A DNA stretch of 63,957 nt, filler included, from Octopus bimaculoides (GCF_001194135.2; 4 parts of 4 records of this genome joined end to end with filler, not necessarily neighbours in it); one strand, 5' to 3'. Shown: positions 23,611-36,891, counted from the whole stretch's first letter. Numbers and translations: made by a program. Notes: generated from the sequence alone by a model not told the origin.

Positions 23611-26569
23611 TCATTGTCTTTCAATAAAAAAAAAATTGTTTCCCATACTTTGAATAAGCAAATGATGATGTGAATTTTAACATATCGGATATGATTACTT
23701 TTTGTCATTACTAATTAAGAAAGCAAAGTTGAGTACAGAGAGATCTGAAGACAGAACAGTAATGAAACAAAGTAAAATATAATAATATATAATATTAATG
23801 CTTTATTTTCTTTCTTAACGACATTAACGGCTTAACGAGAAGAGAAATAGCTTTAACTCGTAACTGAAACCGTGTTTCGAGCTTCGTTTGCTAAGAGCTT
23901 AATTCACCTCCATCACATTTATTTAGTGAAGCTTGAATTCGACTGAATTTCATTTTGATTTCAATAGATAGCGTTTCTTTCAAATTATATTGCTAGAAAA
24001 CTGCAATGAGTAGTCATGAAAAATCATAGCTTTCAAGCAAGAAGGGAGACTGTATGTGGTGGTCCAGCCTGCTAGATATACTTGTCAAATCTCACTCATA
24101 TCATACCCTTAACCCACTAACTTAAAGTGAAAGAGTACATTGGATAATATAACAAAAACGACAAGATGATCACGGCTGGAGAACCTTCAAACCTTCAATT
24201 AAGTATAATCATCCAAGCCGATTAGGAAGGAAATCAGCAACGACATTAAACCTGTAAATGTAATGAGGTTTCCCTTTATAAAGGGTGGGAAACATACTAA
24301 TATAGTCAACCATTGTCGACCACTCCGTTTTCTTATATCTTGCTATGATATAAGCACTTGCCATAATATAGTCATCTTCTTTTGTGTCATAAGAAAAAGA
24401 AAAACTATCAACTCTTAGATTTGACTTTAAATGACTTGCAAAAACATGCTAACACATACACACACATTTTATGATGTAATAATATATGACATTGAAAATG
24501 TCATTAATATAATGTTTTGTTTTTATATTCTTACACATGTACAGCATTTTATTCTCTTGCCAAAAGCATTTGTTTCAGATATATGCACGTGCATTATAAA
24601 CATTTTGATATATTATAAATATATTTAGTCTTCCCCTTCGTTTAAGCTTCGTAAAAAATAATATATATGCATCCATCACAGATAGGCGCACACACAAACG
24701 TACGCATGCGCGCGCCCACAGACATACAGACACCCCCACACATACGAGTGTACATAAATGTATATATATACATGTGTACATTTATGTATGCCTGTGTTTG
24801 TGTGTATGTATTTATATAACATAAAACAGAATATATCCAGATGTGACGGATCATTTTATCAATATTTATAGAAATCTGGTAATACAACTAAACTTTAGCT
24901 CCATATGTGGCACTAATCTTTATAGTTTAAAATAAAATAAAGACTACAAGTGACAAGAAAAAGACCAAAAACAAAATGAAAAAAAAGAACACAAACAATA
25001 TAAAAAAAAGCCAAAAACTATATCACTCCTCACCAGTATTTAGCCTACTTCTATCCACCTACTCCTGTTTCTTCATTTCATTTGACCAACGTTTTCTGAT
25101 CCCACACGTAAAAAAAAAACATAATGTTATATAATACGTTGGCTATTTGCGACAAATGCTTGCAGATTCCTGCAACATTTTACTAGAAGAAAACGAAATT
25201 CTGTACTTGTTTATAGAGAGTTTGAGTCGTTTCAAAGCTATTTATTTATTTATTTATTTATTCGTGATTGTTGCAAATGTATTTTTAGCCATCATGTAGT
25301 TCCACTTTAAAATGCTTGTCCGATTAATTCTGTTATTCCATGTCTAATACGATAGCACGTAGTTTTTTAGCCTTTCTGTTTTAAACTTTTAAAAATGCTA
25401 AAGCAAAAAGAAAAGAAACAAAACATGCATCTGTAGTTGTCACCCACACACATATATCTCTTAACTGTATTACAGTATATGTTACTTTAATTATATGCAT
25501 CTGTTTATCTATATCTCTATCTATTTAAAATTCCTCTCTCCCTCCTCACTGTCTCTTTCTCCATTTCTCTCTCTCCCTTTCCTATTCTCTCTCTCTGTCT
25601 CTAGTATAATCACACATATACATACTGAGACATGCGCAAACAATTCCAAGAAAAAGAATGTTGCACCTTCGAAAATTCTTCACTTTTACAAACAATAGCA
25701 AAATGTTATTGTAGTAACCAACACCACTAGTTATAACTCCCTCTGGGGAATCTCTTCACTATTCACTCGCGGCCGAAATTTTGATGGAGTTTATATCTGA
25801 GACCGCCCACTTGAATCTTTGAAATCTCATAAATAAAACGGTTTAAGCATTACGACTAAGACAGAATTTAATACAAACTGCATACTTATGAATTTGTAAA
25901 ACTAACCATTTATTATTTTTTCATCATGGTTATGTTGTCGCTTGCAATTCCTCATTAGATGATGTAGTCCAAGGTATTCAATGGCTGAGAAAACTTGGGA
26001 TCGTCAAGTCTGGAATGCCTTTGATAATAAGTTGTTTCGGTCAGAGTTGACATAGGTTAAACAACAATTCTCTATCTCTGTCTCAGTCCCTCTTTCTTTA
26101 TTTTTCTCACTCCACCTTCTCCTCATCCTTCTTTCTAACACATAGACAAATGTTACTTAGCTAATATAGTCATGTGATGGTCTTCTGGAATTAAAAAAAA
26201 ATCATTACATGTCATTCTTAGTTTTATTTCTACTACCTCAATTTTTTTCTTTCATTTTTATTGCTATTAATATTTCGTGCAAATCGTCCTCATTCATGAA
26301 TGATTGTAATTATGTTACTGTTATTCAGCCCCATGTCAGATCATGTCCATCAAAAGGGAGTTCCAGCCGTAGCCATTTCTTATTTTTTGTTTTTATTTTT
26401 GGCTGTGAGCATCCAAGATTGTTTTCTTTATGTGAGGGTTATTTAGCGGCTACTCATAACAGATCAGGCAACTTCGTATATGCGGCCTTTTAGCTTGATT
26501 GTTATTATGCATTATATTTTCATGGTATAATTAAATAATCTGATATAATAATGATAAAAAAGATCGCTA

Positions 26570-26960
26570 TTTTCGTCTCACCGAATCCACTAAAATAAGG
26601 AAACATTTGTCAAACCTCCTGAATCTGTTGTGCCTGCCCACTGTTGAAAACGTGTTAATACTCTGCGCAGCCACTGTGTTTTGTGAACCAAAGTCACCAA
26701 TTTGACCATGATTATAGCAGGAACTACCACCGTCCATGAAAAACAGCAGGACCAAGCTTGTAGACACAGTATTGGATGGCCGTTGACTGTAATGAGTTCA
26801 TCCGTCCTATGACAGGTTTAGTTTTTCATCCTGCAGGGTGTCCAGTTACCCTCCTCACTAAGCAAGCTTAGTGGGGTTGCAGTTTAATGACCGACGACCC
26901 GACTATGCAGTAGGTTGTACCGGATTACATGTTACCAGTAGAATCCACGAGCGACCTGAC
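26570..26960 (-). mobile_element. Probable 5' UTR/ORF start of an RTE (BovB-like) LINE
   Basis: Composition and motifs (AAGCTTGGTCCTGCTG..GTGGGCAGGCACAACAGATTCAGGAGG..) resemble RTE 5' ends. Recognition is by memory only, with no intact APE motif. Confidence 0.4.
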
Positions 26961-27777
26961 ACACAGACACATACACACACACGCACACACGCACTCACAC
27001 AGACGCACACACACGCACGCGCACGCGCACACACAGAGTAATTGTTCTGTGTTAACATAATGTAAGAAAGTGTTCTGTGAAGAGGCATTGTTGATCTGCC
27101 TCCATTACACAATGAACACACGCAGCAGACAATGCAAATAGCCCCAATGGTGAACCATGCGTAGATAACAAATGGCATAACCTGTATATTGCATCAACAA
27201 TCCTTTGTTAGGGTCAATTCAGAATGTAAATAGAATCTTCTTTGTAAACCGATTCCTCTGTGAAGCAGTTTTGTTTTCCTTTACACCCTAGAGTAATGCA
27301 CTTCATTTCACGTTGCGGCAGTATACTGAACTTAAACTGAGTACCAGTGGCACCTTGAGGGTTAGCACACTCGTATAGAAGGGCTTCCTTTTAGTAGAGT
27401 GTTTTGTCCTCTGAGCGTAAATATTTTGGAAATCTGGTTAAGCTCCAGCCTAATGAGCCTAATAAGCTCGTTAATCGTAAGGTCCACACAGGAAACCATT
27501 ATTTTATTCACATGCACTCACATATATAGGAGTAGCGACAGGGGTGGCGGGTGACGGAACTAGTTAGGACTTTCGTGTTTTAGCCTACATTTATCAATGT
27601 TGATCAAGTGAAAATATGCACGTCAGAACCGATTTCGGCAGGTGGCCCATACTCGAAGCAATTATCATATATATTTATTCCTTTCAAAAGAGGAAAAAGA
27701 GAGAGAGAGAAAGAGAAAGAGAGAGAGATAGAGATAGGTATGTAGATAAATAGGCAGAGAAAGTGGGAGAGAGAGAG

Positions 27778-27819
<42 letters not shown>

Positions 27820-29236
27820 AACGGCGTAACCTGTACGTGGTACTCAACATGCTAGAAACAACAACTCCATCTTCCCTTACGTTATACACTACTGTCTGAA
27901 AAAAGAAAAGGGAACGATATATCAGGCAATGTAATCAATGAACATTAGTACACCAATCTAATCACTGTGTCTAGTCCTTCCTTTCCAGTACGGCGACCTT
28001 CTGGAATTTTCTCCTTGCTTATGTGTTAACTGACGATGGTTCAAGAGGAACCTTAATGACATCAATTCAATCTGTCTAGGAGGTCCTGTGAAGGCCACGT
28101 TTACTATGCATTCCTCCATATCCGATCAGTAGAAAGAAAACTTGATTCCTAGATATACAAAAACATAAACGTGTTCCTATACAATACTAATATATGTACA
28201 GAGATGACTATATTCAAATACACAACACAAGCAATGCATAACACCTACACATATTCCTACAATTACTTCACATACGAATATTACACGTTATTCTTTCGTA
28301 TAACCACATGACCACCTTACAGCATTCTTACACATAAAACAAGCACGTGCGTTACAAATTGCGTCAAGTGAACGAATTCTTGTCGCATTCGCAGACATAG
28401 TCGCAATATATGAACTCATTCGCTCTCAGTTGCAAGGATACTGTTTTCATTCTTCTCTCAGCTTCTTTAAATCAAAGATGTTAATAGACCTTTTGTTGTC
28501 ACTACTTCACTCTTCCTTCATATCTTTATCACCCACGCTAAACACACACACACGTGCACACATGCATTCACACATAGACATAATGCATTTCTGCATACTT
28601 CTTCGCGGTAACCCTTCACACCAATTCAGCGATATACTCTCTCTTCCTTATGTCCGATACCAGTAACTACATTCGTCCAACCGATTTTTCAATTCCAATT
28701 CAGCAACGAGCCAAAAACGTGCCCCATTCATATCTTCATACTATTTAATTTCAGATTAGCCTATTTCTCGCTTACACATCCAACTACCATTCTTATACAA
28801 AAACCTTAGGTCAGTAAAAATACTTGCAGTGAAGATGCATAAATTTAGTCCCAATGTTTAATTTAGCTCTTATAATACTGTGTTCATGTTCCACCTTGAT
28901 CAAATTACTTCGACAAAATAAATTTTAGAAACGCTGCAATCAATTCAAATGACTTTTATTCGATTAGATGTTTTGATTGCAGAAACTACTAAGCAACCAC
29001 TCACTGGGTTGTAGTGTATTAGATAGACCGCAGTACATATTTCACCGACTTCGAAATCTTGAGAATGGAAGAAGAACCCAAAAGGAGAAGAAATATAATG
29101 AAATACCACAATGTATTTTTCCGTCACTCTAACTATTTTCCCAATCTAACCGCTGTTATTTGTGCCTTTAGGGTATTCAAATACTCCTGTTCATGAAAAT
29201 ATATTCAAATTCACATATACTCTCTCTCAAACACAT

Positions 29237-29289
<53 letters not shown>

Positions 29290-29379
29290 CACACGTACGC
29301 ACGCACGCACGTACACATACACATCTACACGCACACATGTACACACACACAGAGTTAGATATATAGATAAATAAGAAAG

Positions 29380-29520
29380 AGAGAGAGAGTGTTAGTGAGA
29401 GAGAGAGTGTTAGTGAGAGAGAGAGAGTGTTAGTGAGAGAGAGAGTGTTAATGAGAGAGAGAGAGTGTTAGTGAGAGAGAGTGTGTTAGTGAGAGAGAGA
29501 GTGTTAGTGAGAGAGAGAGT
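29380..29520. repeat. Minisatellite of (GA)n-GTGTTAGT units, about 16-20 bp
   Basis: GAGAGAGAGTGTTAGT repeated about 7 times with variable GA counts. Confidence 0.9.
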
Positions 29521-30085
29521 TTGGATGAGAGAAAGGGGGAGACAGAGACAGACAGAGTAGTGCGTTGTGGTTTTGAACAAAACACTATATTTCACGTCGT
29601 TCTGCGATCACTTTGACACCTGACACTTGGTGCAACGTGAAGAAGAGAGTGAGCAAATGCAGAGCACATACATTTGATCATTTTATACAAATCTTTTGTA
29701 CCGGTCATACGTCATCTCCGACGAGAGGGTCCATTACATATTATATATAGATTCCACTGAAATTAGATAAATAACCTTCGAACAGATAGTCAGCAGCGCC
29801 GCCTGGCTGGAGCTTGGCTGCTCTGCATTGACAAGGGGCAACACCCTGAAACTAGTCTGCAGATGCCAAACCAGCAAGGGGAAACTGCTGACCTCCCCTG
29901 TTCGAAGGTTATAAAGGACACAGGTTTCGTGTGTCACATAGCTAGCTAGAGGCGATGGCTTCTTGGAGCTAATTCACGGCAGCTTTCGTCCTAATTTTGG
30001 GACTGCCATGTTGGCTTGGCGATAACTATTAATTTCCAGTACCGCTGCCGTAGTCTCCTTTAGAGAGACTTAGAAATATTAATAA

Positions 30086-30118
<33 letters not shown>

Positions 30119-30232
30119 ATCAAGATTCAGTTNNNNNNNNNNNNNNNNNNNNNNNNNNNNNNNNNNNNNNNNNNNNTTAATTAATTAANNNNNNNNNNNN
30201 NNNNNNNNNNNNNNNNNNNNNNNNNNNNNNNN

Positions 30233-30530
30233 CTTACGCATGCGTAGAATTAAACAAGCAAGCGTTTCCCGCTCAATTCATTCTCTTTCTCGCTGGCCAG
30301 CGATTGAGCATGGACGTGTGTTTAAAGCTGTCTCTACATCTTTCGGTCTTATACTCGACAGCTCGTTATTCTCACCTCTAAAGATGTATAACTAAAGATA
30401 TGTATGTTTTATCACCTAAATAAATGTTGTTTGAGTTGTTTAGTCTGGAGTTCAGCGTTCCGTCTATTTCTTTAATTTTATAGTAGAAAGTCAGGTATAC
30501 AATCTAAAGATGTATAACCCACTTTCTACT
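30233..30530 (+). mobile_element. LTR family B, 5'-truncated by an assembly spacer
   Basis: Reverse-complement homologue of 53500-53909 (ACGCATGCGT.GAATT.AACAAGCAAGC..GCTGGCCAG.GATTGAGCA..AATAAATGTTGTTT..GTCTGGAGTTCAGCGTTCCG..GATGTATAACCCACTTTC). Confidence 0.8.
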
Positions 30531-30761
30531 AAACCACAATAAATATCCCTGTTATTCATCTTATACGGTTGCCTTCTATCGTCTCTTCATTACTGGTATT
30601 TACGAATTCACTAATGTTATCGAAGCATAACATTATTTGTATATCATCATTGATATATATTTTGTGTGTTCGACCGTGCGACGCGTTTAAATAAAAGGAG
30701 TCCTCTGTTTTTTCCATTCGTCACCATTTCTCCTTTTTGAGTTCGCACGGTCGTTCTTACA
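30531..30761 (+). mobile_element. LTR family A-related U5 fragment
   Basis: AATAAA..ACGGTTG..TCGACCGTGCGA..AAAAGGAG..TCGCACGGTCGTTCTTACA is homologous to 39134-39322. Confidence 0.75.
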
Positions 30762-30859
30762 TGTTAAAAATGAATAAATTTTGAATTTTGTCTATAATTC
30801 TATTTTCATTCTTGTTGGACCCCTCTTATTCACGACAGTTCTTCTTTTTTTTTTTCTCA

Positions 30860-31060
30860 ATTTGGCAGCAATCATTTTCTTTACCTCCATCCCTATGATG
30901 GAGCAATCGTTTAGCTGAGCTTAAAGAACACATTCAGTTAGCAGTGTAGGAGCTAACTCCTGAAATGCTTCAAAATGTGTTTCACAACGCTAAGGAGAGA
31001 TTTGAAGTATGCAGGGATACAGACATGTTGAGCATTTTCAATAAAAGTTTAACGTAAGAT
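30860..31060 (+). mobile_element. Tc1/mariner transposase C-terminal relic
   Basis: Reads LAELKEHIQLAV*ELTPEMLQNVFHNAKERFEVCRDT..HVEHF. Confidence 0.65.
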
Positions 31061-31269
31061 TTATAAATCTATTTGTTTTGGTAATAAACATAAAATTCTG
31101 TCAGTTTTTTAAAAATTTGCTCAATTTCATTGAAATAGATAACCCTGTATGATGTAGCGTTGTTAGTTGTTGCTCGAGTAAATATTAAAATCTCGCCGTA
31201 AACATCCCATCTTTTTGTTATGCATATTGTATCAAGGAGTATATTATCCAAAATGTATCTCTCCTTTAC

Positions 31270-31400
31270 AGGCTTGGCTGTGTGATTGAGAAGCTTACTT
31301 CCCCACCATGTCGCCTTGGGTTCAGTCCCACTGTGCGGCACGTTGGGCAATTCTCTTCCATTCTCTTCCATTACAGCTCCGTGCCGACCAAAGCCTTGTG
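31270..31400 (+). mobile_element. SINE family A, 5' part
   Basis: GGCTGTGTGATTGAGAAGCTTACTTCCC..GGGTTCAGTCCCACTGTGCGGCACGTTGGGCAA..CCGACCAAAGCCTTGTG. Confidence 0.8.
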
Positions 31401-32040
31401 CATTATATAATTGCCATTACTATATTGATATATAGAATAACACATACAACTCCCTTATTATTGTCATATAATAAACAAACAGAAGTTCATGTATGAAACT
31501 GATATTTTTTCTACTTCAATTATTACATTTTTTCTTATAAGATACACACATACAGGAGGAGTAAGTCTATATATATAATAGCACTTTGAATGGGACTTCA
31601 GAGAAAGAGCAAAAGTAATTACCCTATCAACGACAGGTATTACTACTAGTAATCTATAAAACACGTACAAACAAAGCAAAAACAATTAAAACAGCATAAA
31701 CTTTTATTGACAATTCAAAGCAGTATGTCATTTGGGTTAAGGCAGTGTCATTTTTAAAGCTAATTTAGATAAGGAAATTTCATTCTGTATTGAGAAACCT
31801 GTGCTTAGATCTTGGTACACAAATACTTAATTCGGAATCGAACTCTTCATAAGTACATACAGATTTAATTTTCAGTCGAAAAGGGGATGATGTCCCTCTT
31901 TGTTCTTGCTTTTCGTTAAATAAGAAAAAGGTTGTTAAAAACTGCAGCAATATATTTATTGCGTTTTTATGAATGGCAGGATATTCTTCTTTCATAGAAA
32001 TCTAGACTTGTCAACGAATAAGTTAGTAAATCTCATCTAG

Positions 32041-32214
32041 GCGTAGGAGTGGCTGTGTGGTAAGTTGCTTGCTTACCAACCACATGGTTCCGGGTTCAGT
32101 CCCACTGCGTGGCACCTTGGGCATGTGTCTTCTACTATAGCCTCGAGCCGACCAAAGCCTTGTGAGTGGATTTGGTAGACAGAAACTGAAAGAAGCCCGT
32201 CGTTTATATGTGTG

Positions 32215-32245
<31 letters not shown>

Positions 32246-32458
32246 ATATGTTTGTGTGTCTGTGTTTGTCCCCCCCCCCAACATCGCTTGACAACCGATG
32301 CTGGTGTGTGTACGTCCTCGTAACTAAGCGGTTCGGCAAAAGAGACCGATAGAATAAGTACTAGGCTTCCAAAAATAAGTCCTGGGGGTCGATTTGCTCG
32401 ACTAAAGGCGGTGGACCAGCATGGCCACAGTCAAATGACTGAAACAAGTAAAAGAGTA
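32041..32458 (+). mobile_element. SINE family A, full length, best-preserved copy
   Basis: GGCGTAGGAGTGGCTGTGTGGTAAG..GGTTCAGTCCC..CCTTGGGCA..internal (TA)(TG)..CAGCATGGCCACAGTCAAATGACTGAAACAAGTAAAAGAG. Confidence 0.95.
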
Positions 32459-32610
32459 GGGTATACGACCTAACTACACCTCACAAAATTCTTCTGTTCT
32501 TCCGCTTGTCTGAAAATCAAGTCCTTGAGATGAGCAGAAGGTCCAGAGTATGGATCGCTCACGCAATCATATAAAGATTGAGAGGAAGGAAAATAATGTT
32601 CAGTTTTGTA

Positions 32611-32770
32611 GGCGCAAGCATGAGTGTGTGGTTAAGAAGTTCGCTTGGCAATCACGTGGTTTTGCCTTTAGTCCCACTGCGTGACACCTTGGGCAAGTGT
32701 TTTCTACTATGACCCCGAGTCAACCAATGCATTGTGAGTAAATTAGGTAGACGGAAACTGTATGGAAGTG
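32611..32770 (+). mobile_element. SINE family A, 5' half
   Basis: GGCGCAAGCATGAGTGTGTGGTTAAGAAG..GTCCCACTGCGTGACACCTTGGGCAAG..GTAGACGGAAACTG. Confidence 0.85.
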
Positions 32771-33349
32771 TGTTATATATATGTATATGTATATATATAT
32801 TGATATATTAATATAGACAGCCGTGTGCTATGTGTTACCAAAAAGGAAAATTATAATTGTCACTAAATATGATTAGGATGTTAGAACACCTACATTGCTT
32901 TGGTAGAACATTGCACACGGATGTCTATATCTTTTTCAAGGACTAATATGTTTGAAGGTTACAAACTTGACCAACCGTGAAGTTATCTTCTTTTACATCT
33001 CGGTAATGTTTATTTGTTTCTATTCAAATACTTATCACTAAAAGAAAAACAAAAATGATAAAGCCAAAAGGAAATACATGAAACAAAGAGGAAAAGGCTT
33101 TAATCTTTCATTGTGATAGAAACTAGATATATTTTGCAATGGCATTAGATTTCCATATTTTATTCGCGCATGTTCTGTAGTCGCTGATTTGGTTTATTTA
33201 TCTTCTGTTTGTTTTTTATCAATTCTGATTCAGGCATCTAGTGTTTCATAGTTATACCTTGTACTTCGGCCAGCTTGAATTTTTAATATTTATGTTTTCT
33301 TGTATGCTGCAACAAAAGGTTATATCTGTTGTTGTTGATACGAAATTGA

Positions 33350-33445
33350 CCAATCAGAAAAGTGTCACATAACTTGATCGTACAGTCCCTAACTCATTCT
33401 CCTAACTTCTATTATAAAAGTAGGCAACAAAGTGAAGTCATTTAA
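33350..33445 (+). promoter_or_regulatory. Candidate Pol II core promoter (CCAAT, TATA, Inr)
   Basis: CCAATC at 33350, TATAAAAG at 33413-33420, TCATTT at 33438-33443 (A at +27 from the TATA start). Motif spacing is the only evidence. Confidence 0.35.
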
Positions 33446-33610
33446 CCTTTCAAGAGAAAACATCAGCGGCGACCACAGATGGTTGTCGGCTTTGGACCAA
33501 GAGCAGCTGCATCGCAGCCGTCGCCACAACCCGTCATCTGTTAACAAACAGTTCTGCTATGATATTAACACGCTTGCACACGCACGTATAGCTTTAGTTA
33601 AACTATATGT

Positions 33611-34330
33611 AAAACTAGCTGACGTACCCAGTAATTCCCGCGAAAGTGGGGCTTATCCCTTGGTTCCGTTCTCATAATTGTTTCGCTATTCCAATAACAA
33701 CAATAAAAGTATGAAGCCCTTAAAACGGTTTTTGAGCATTTACAGAGCTGTCTTAACAGGATCTTGTTTTTAGGAATTCCCAATAAGTTATGAATTCCCA
33801 AATTGTGAAGTCAGTTATGTAATAACATGAAATTAGTTACCTGATAGTAAGAATTCAAATAAAGTAGCTCTGAAAAGGGCTTTAATGCGTTCCCAGAGTA
33901 TATAGAACATAGGAGGAAATACTAATAAGGTATGTATATTAAAATCGTGAAGCATGTTACGTAATAACAGGATAATCAGATCAATCAGCTATGAGATAAT
34001 AACAATTCAAAGAAAATTACTCTGAAAAGGGCTTTTGTGCGTTCCCAGAGAATATTAGCATCAGGGGCACTAGTGTTGGTATATTCGTGAATAAGTCACT
34101 AACAGAAATAAGTAGATCTATTGTTTAGGAAAATACTATTTACTTGTTTAAGGATTGTACTGGATAAATTGCAAAAATAACTCTAACAGTTCAAATACTA
34201 AGAAATAAGCATACTCAATTTCATTTTTACCAAATAATTAGGAAAATAAATGGGCTATTTCCCTTGGCTATATGTAAGGATCCCTTCCAGGGGTGAATGG
34301 GCTATTTCCCTTGGTTTTTAAAATAAAATA

Positions 34331-34372
<42 letters not shown>

Positions 34373-34545
34373 ATCCATTCCAAGGGTCCTATTATCGATT
34401 AAAAAAAAAAAACAATCCGAGTATGCCATGAGGTTTCCAGACATGAGTTCTAATCACGCGTCAAGTTTCATCAAAATCGATAAAACTATGTAGGAGGAGT
34501 TAGCTAACAACTCCACAAACACACCAGTAAAAGTCCTCGTCTTTT
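33611..34545 (+). mobile_element. Helentron/HINE-like non-autonomous Helitron
   Basis: 5' ACTAGCTGACGTACCCAG..CGCG and 3' CAAGTTTCATCAAAATCGAT..TAGGAGGAGTTAGC..ACAAACACAC; internal short duplications (CTCTGAAAAGGGCTT..GCGTTCCCAGAG twice; TGGGCTATTTCCCTTGG twice). Confidence 0.65.
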
Positions 34546-34844
34546 ACGAACTCACGGTAATTCCATATACGCACATCTTAATCGTTCAACACAGCTTGCA
34601 CGCGCGCACAAGCACACACACACACACACACAACACACTGCTAACAGTTAAACAGTCAAATGCTCACACACACATTAATAATTACGACATATAGCGTTTA
34701 CCAGTGACATTCTTTTGTCAGTATTATTATTTCGACCGTGGCAATCTCAGATAAGTTAGGAAATGCCGGTAAATTGATTTTGTTTAAATAGGTCTCCATT
34801 ACTCGGAAACTGTAACAAATACCACAGGTCCATAGAGCAGTGGG

Positions 34845-35112
34845 AGAGGGGATAGTCGATTATAGCGATCTTAGTGCTTAACTGCACTTATTTCATTGAC
34901 TCCGAAAAGATGAAAGGCAAAGCCAACCTCATTGGAATTTGAACTCGGAATGTAAAGAACCAGAAGAAATACCGCTCATCATTTTGTCCAGCGCAGCAAC
35001 GCTTCTGCCAGCTCGCCGCCTTAGAATTAACTTTAGTGATATTTGAACTCTAAGTAAGGACCAGGAAGAAATACCTATAAGCAGTTTGTCCGTCGCGCTA
35101 TAAACTCTGCCA
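34845..35112 (-). mobile_element. SINE family B plus an adjacent partial head
   Basis: GGGAGAGGGGATAGTCGAT..AAGATGAAAGGCAAAG..TTTGAACTCGG..TCTGCCAGCTCGCCGCC; a second head at about 35040-35112. Confidence 0.85.
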
Positions 35113-36125
35113 GAATAATAATGTATAATTATCAAATCGTCTATAAATAATTATACGTAAATAGAAATAGATAACAGAAAAACTTTTTGTCATACGATTG
35201 CCGTCAACGTACATCACATCTGACGTATGAGCTATTTTGGGGCTGATAAGCTAGGAATGATGAAGCATACTGTGGAGATGTTTCTGTGTCAACGAATGAA
35301 ACATCAGATCCCGGGAGCAAGTTCGTGATAAAATTGAAGTTATGCTAAAGTCCAAACATGGCGAATAGAAGGAAAAGGAAATCTTCCCATGTGGTAGAAG
35401 AGGATGAATTGAAATTTATAAACGATACCAAGATAGTCTGCATTGGTGTTTCATTTACTAAGATTAGAATCCACACCAGATCCATTCGTCTTCAGATACA
35501 TTAAAGGAATCCAAAATGGTGAGCCCTTTTTTGCGAACTAACACCAGCTCAGCGTCAGGAGACAAACCACTGTAGCAGAAATTTCATGAAGACAATGCAA
35601 AGGAATTGCTAGGAATTCATANNNNNNNNNNNNNNNNNNNNNNNNNNNNNNNNNNNNNNNNNNNNNNNNNNNNNNNNNNNNNNNNNNNNNNNNNNNNNNN
35701 NNNNNNNNNNNNNNNNNNNNNNNNNNNNNNNNNNNNNNNNNNNNNNNNNNNNNNNNNNNNNNNNNNNNNNNNNNNNNNNNNNNNNNNNNNNNNNNNNNNN
35801 NNNNNNNNNNNNNNNNNNNNNNNNNNNNNNNNNNNNNNNNNNNNNNNNNNNNNNNNNNNNNNNNNNNNNNNNNNNNNNNNNNNNNNNNNNNNNNNNNNNN
35901 NNNNNNNNNNNNNNNNNNNNNNNNNNNNNNNNNNNNNNNNNNNNNNNNNNNNNNNNNNNNNNNNNNNNNNNNNNNNNNNNNNNNNNNNNNNNNNNNNNNN
36001 NNNNNNNNNNNNNNNNNNNNNNNNNNNNNNNNNNNNNNNNNNNNNNNNNNNNNNNNNNNNNNNNNNNNNNNNNNNNNNNNNNNNNNNNNNNNNNNNNNNN
36101 NNNNNNNNNNNNNNNNNNNNNNNNN

Positions 36126-36300
36126 TATATATATATATACAACTGAGAATGTCTGTGTGTCTATGTGTCTGTATGTGTGCATCACTAAAACTCGAGAACT
36201 ACTCAACCGATTTCATTCAAATTTTACACATGCCTTACTTATCGTCCATGAAGTGTCTTGGGCCAAAAATAGTTTCAACTTCTTGCTTCATTCGAGCCTG
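36126..36300 (+). mobile_element. Helitron-like non-autonomous element, same type as 2915
   Basis: TATATATACAACTGAGAATGTCTGTGTGTCT..ACTACTCAACCGATTTCATTCAAATTTTACAC. Confidence 0.5.
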
Positions 36301-36581
36301 AAGCAATCTCTTATCTCTTATACTACTTTAGTATTACGTGTCAAAAAATGAAACAATAATATCTCTATTGTAATGTGAGATAATACCTTCAGTTTTATTA
36401 ATTTCACTATTAATACTTTCACTATGTATATAATATATACATACTAAAACTATTAATACTGAAACTATTAACTCACATATATGCATGCATGCATACATAC
36501 ATACATACATACATACATACATAAATACATACATATATGCATGTATGTATGCATGCATGTTTATATGTGTATATACATCTG

Positions 36582-36615
<34 letters not shown>

Positions 36616-36817
36616 TATATATATATAGATGTATATGTATAGATGTCTATGTATAGATGTATATGTATAGATGTATATGTATATATATAGATTTATATGT
36701 ATATATATGTATATATATATAGATCTATATATATATATATAGATTTATATGTATATATATGTGTTGGGTACATCGTGGTATGTTGATTCTTGTTTATTTT
36801 TATGTGTCTCGACCATA

Positions 36818-36891
36818 CGTGTACTGATGAACAAAAGATGCAGCTTACTTCACAGTTTTGCTGTATTGATTGAGAAACCAGTGGTTTGCCG
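36818..36891 (+). ncRNA. Degenerate type-I hammerhead-like motif
   Basis: GTA-CTGATGA-ACAA..GCAGC..GCTGT..TTGA-GAAA-CCAGTGG-TT-TGC. Core and stem III intact; stems I and II partly mismatched. Confidence 0.4.

Noticed and set aside
26903-27178. Hydrophobic Cys-rich minus ORF after an AG (MPFVIYAWFTIGAICIVCCVC..)
   Set aside because: No donor site, it runs into a (GT) repeat, and no family was recognised; too weak to call an exon.
28033-28065. Other CTGANGA occurrences (4643, 11820, 23744, 28034, 35490 minus, 40828, 44514, 50213 minus, 61963 minus)
   Set aside because: They lack a correctly placed GAAA and/or stems I-III, so they are not hammerheads.
30133-30232. TTAATTAATTAA inside N runs (also 60457-60556 and 62369-62468)
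   Set aside because: Identical N44-TTAATTAATTAA-N44 100-bp spacers with stops in all six frames are assembly linkers. Adjacency across them is not trustworthy.
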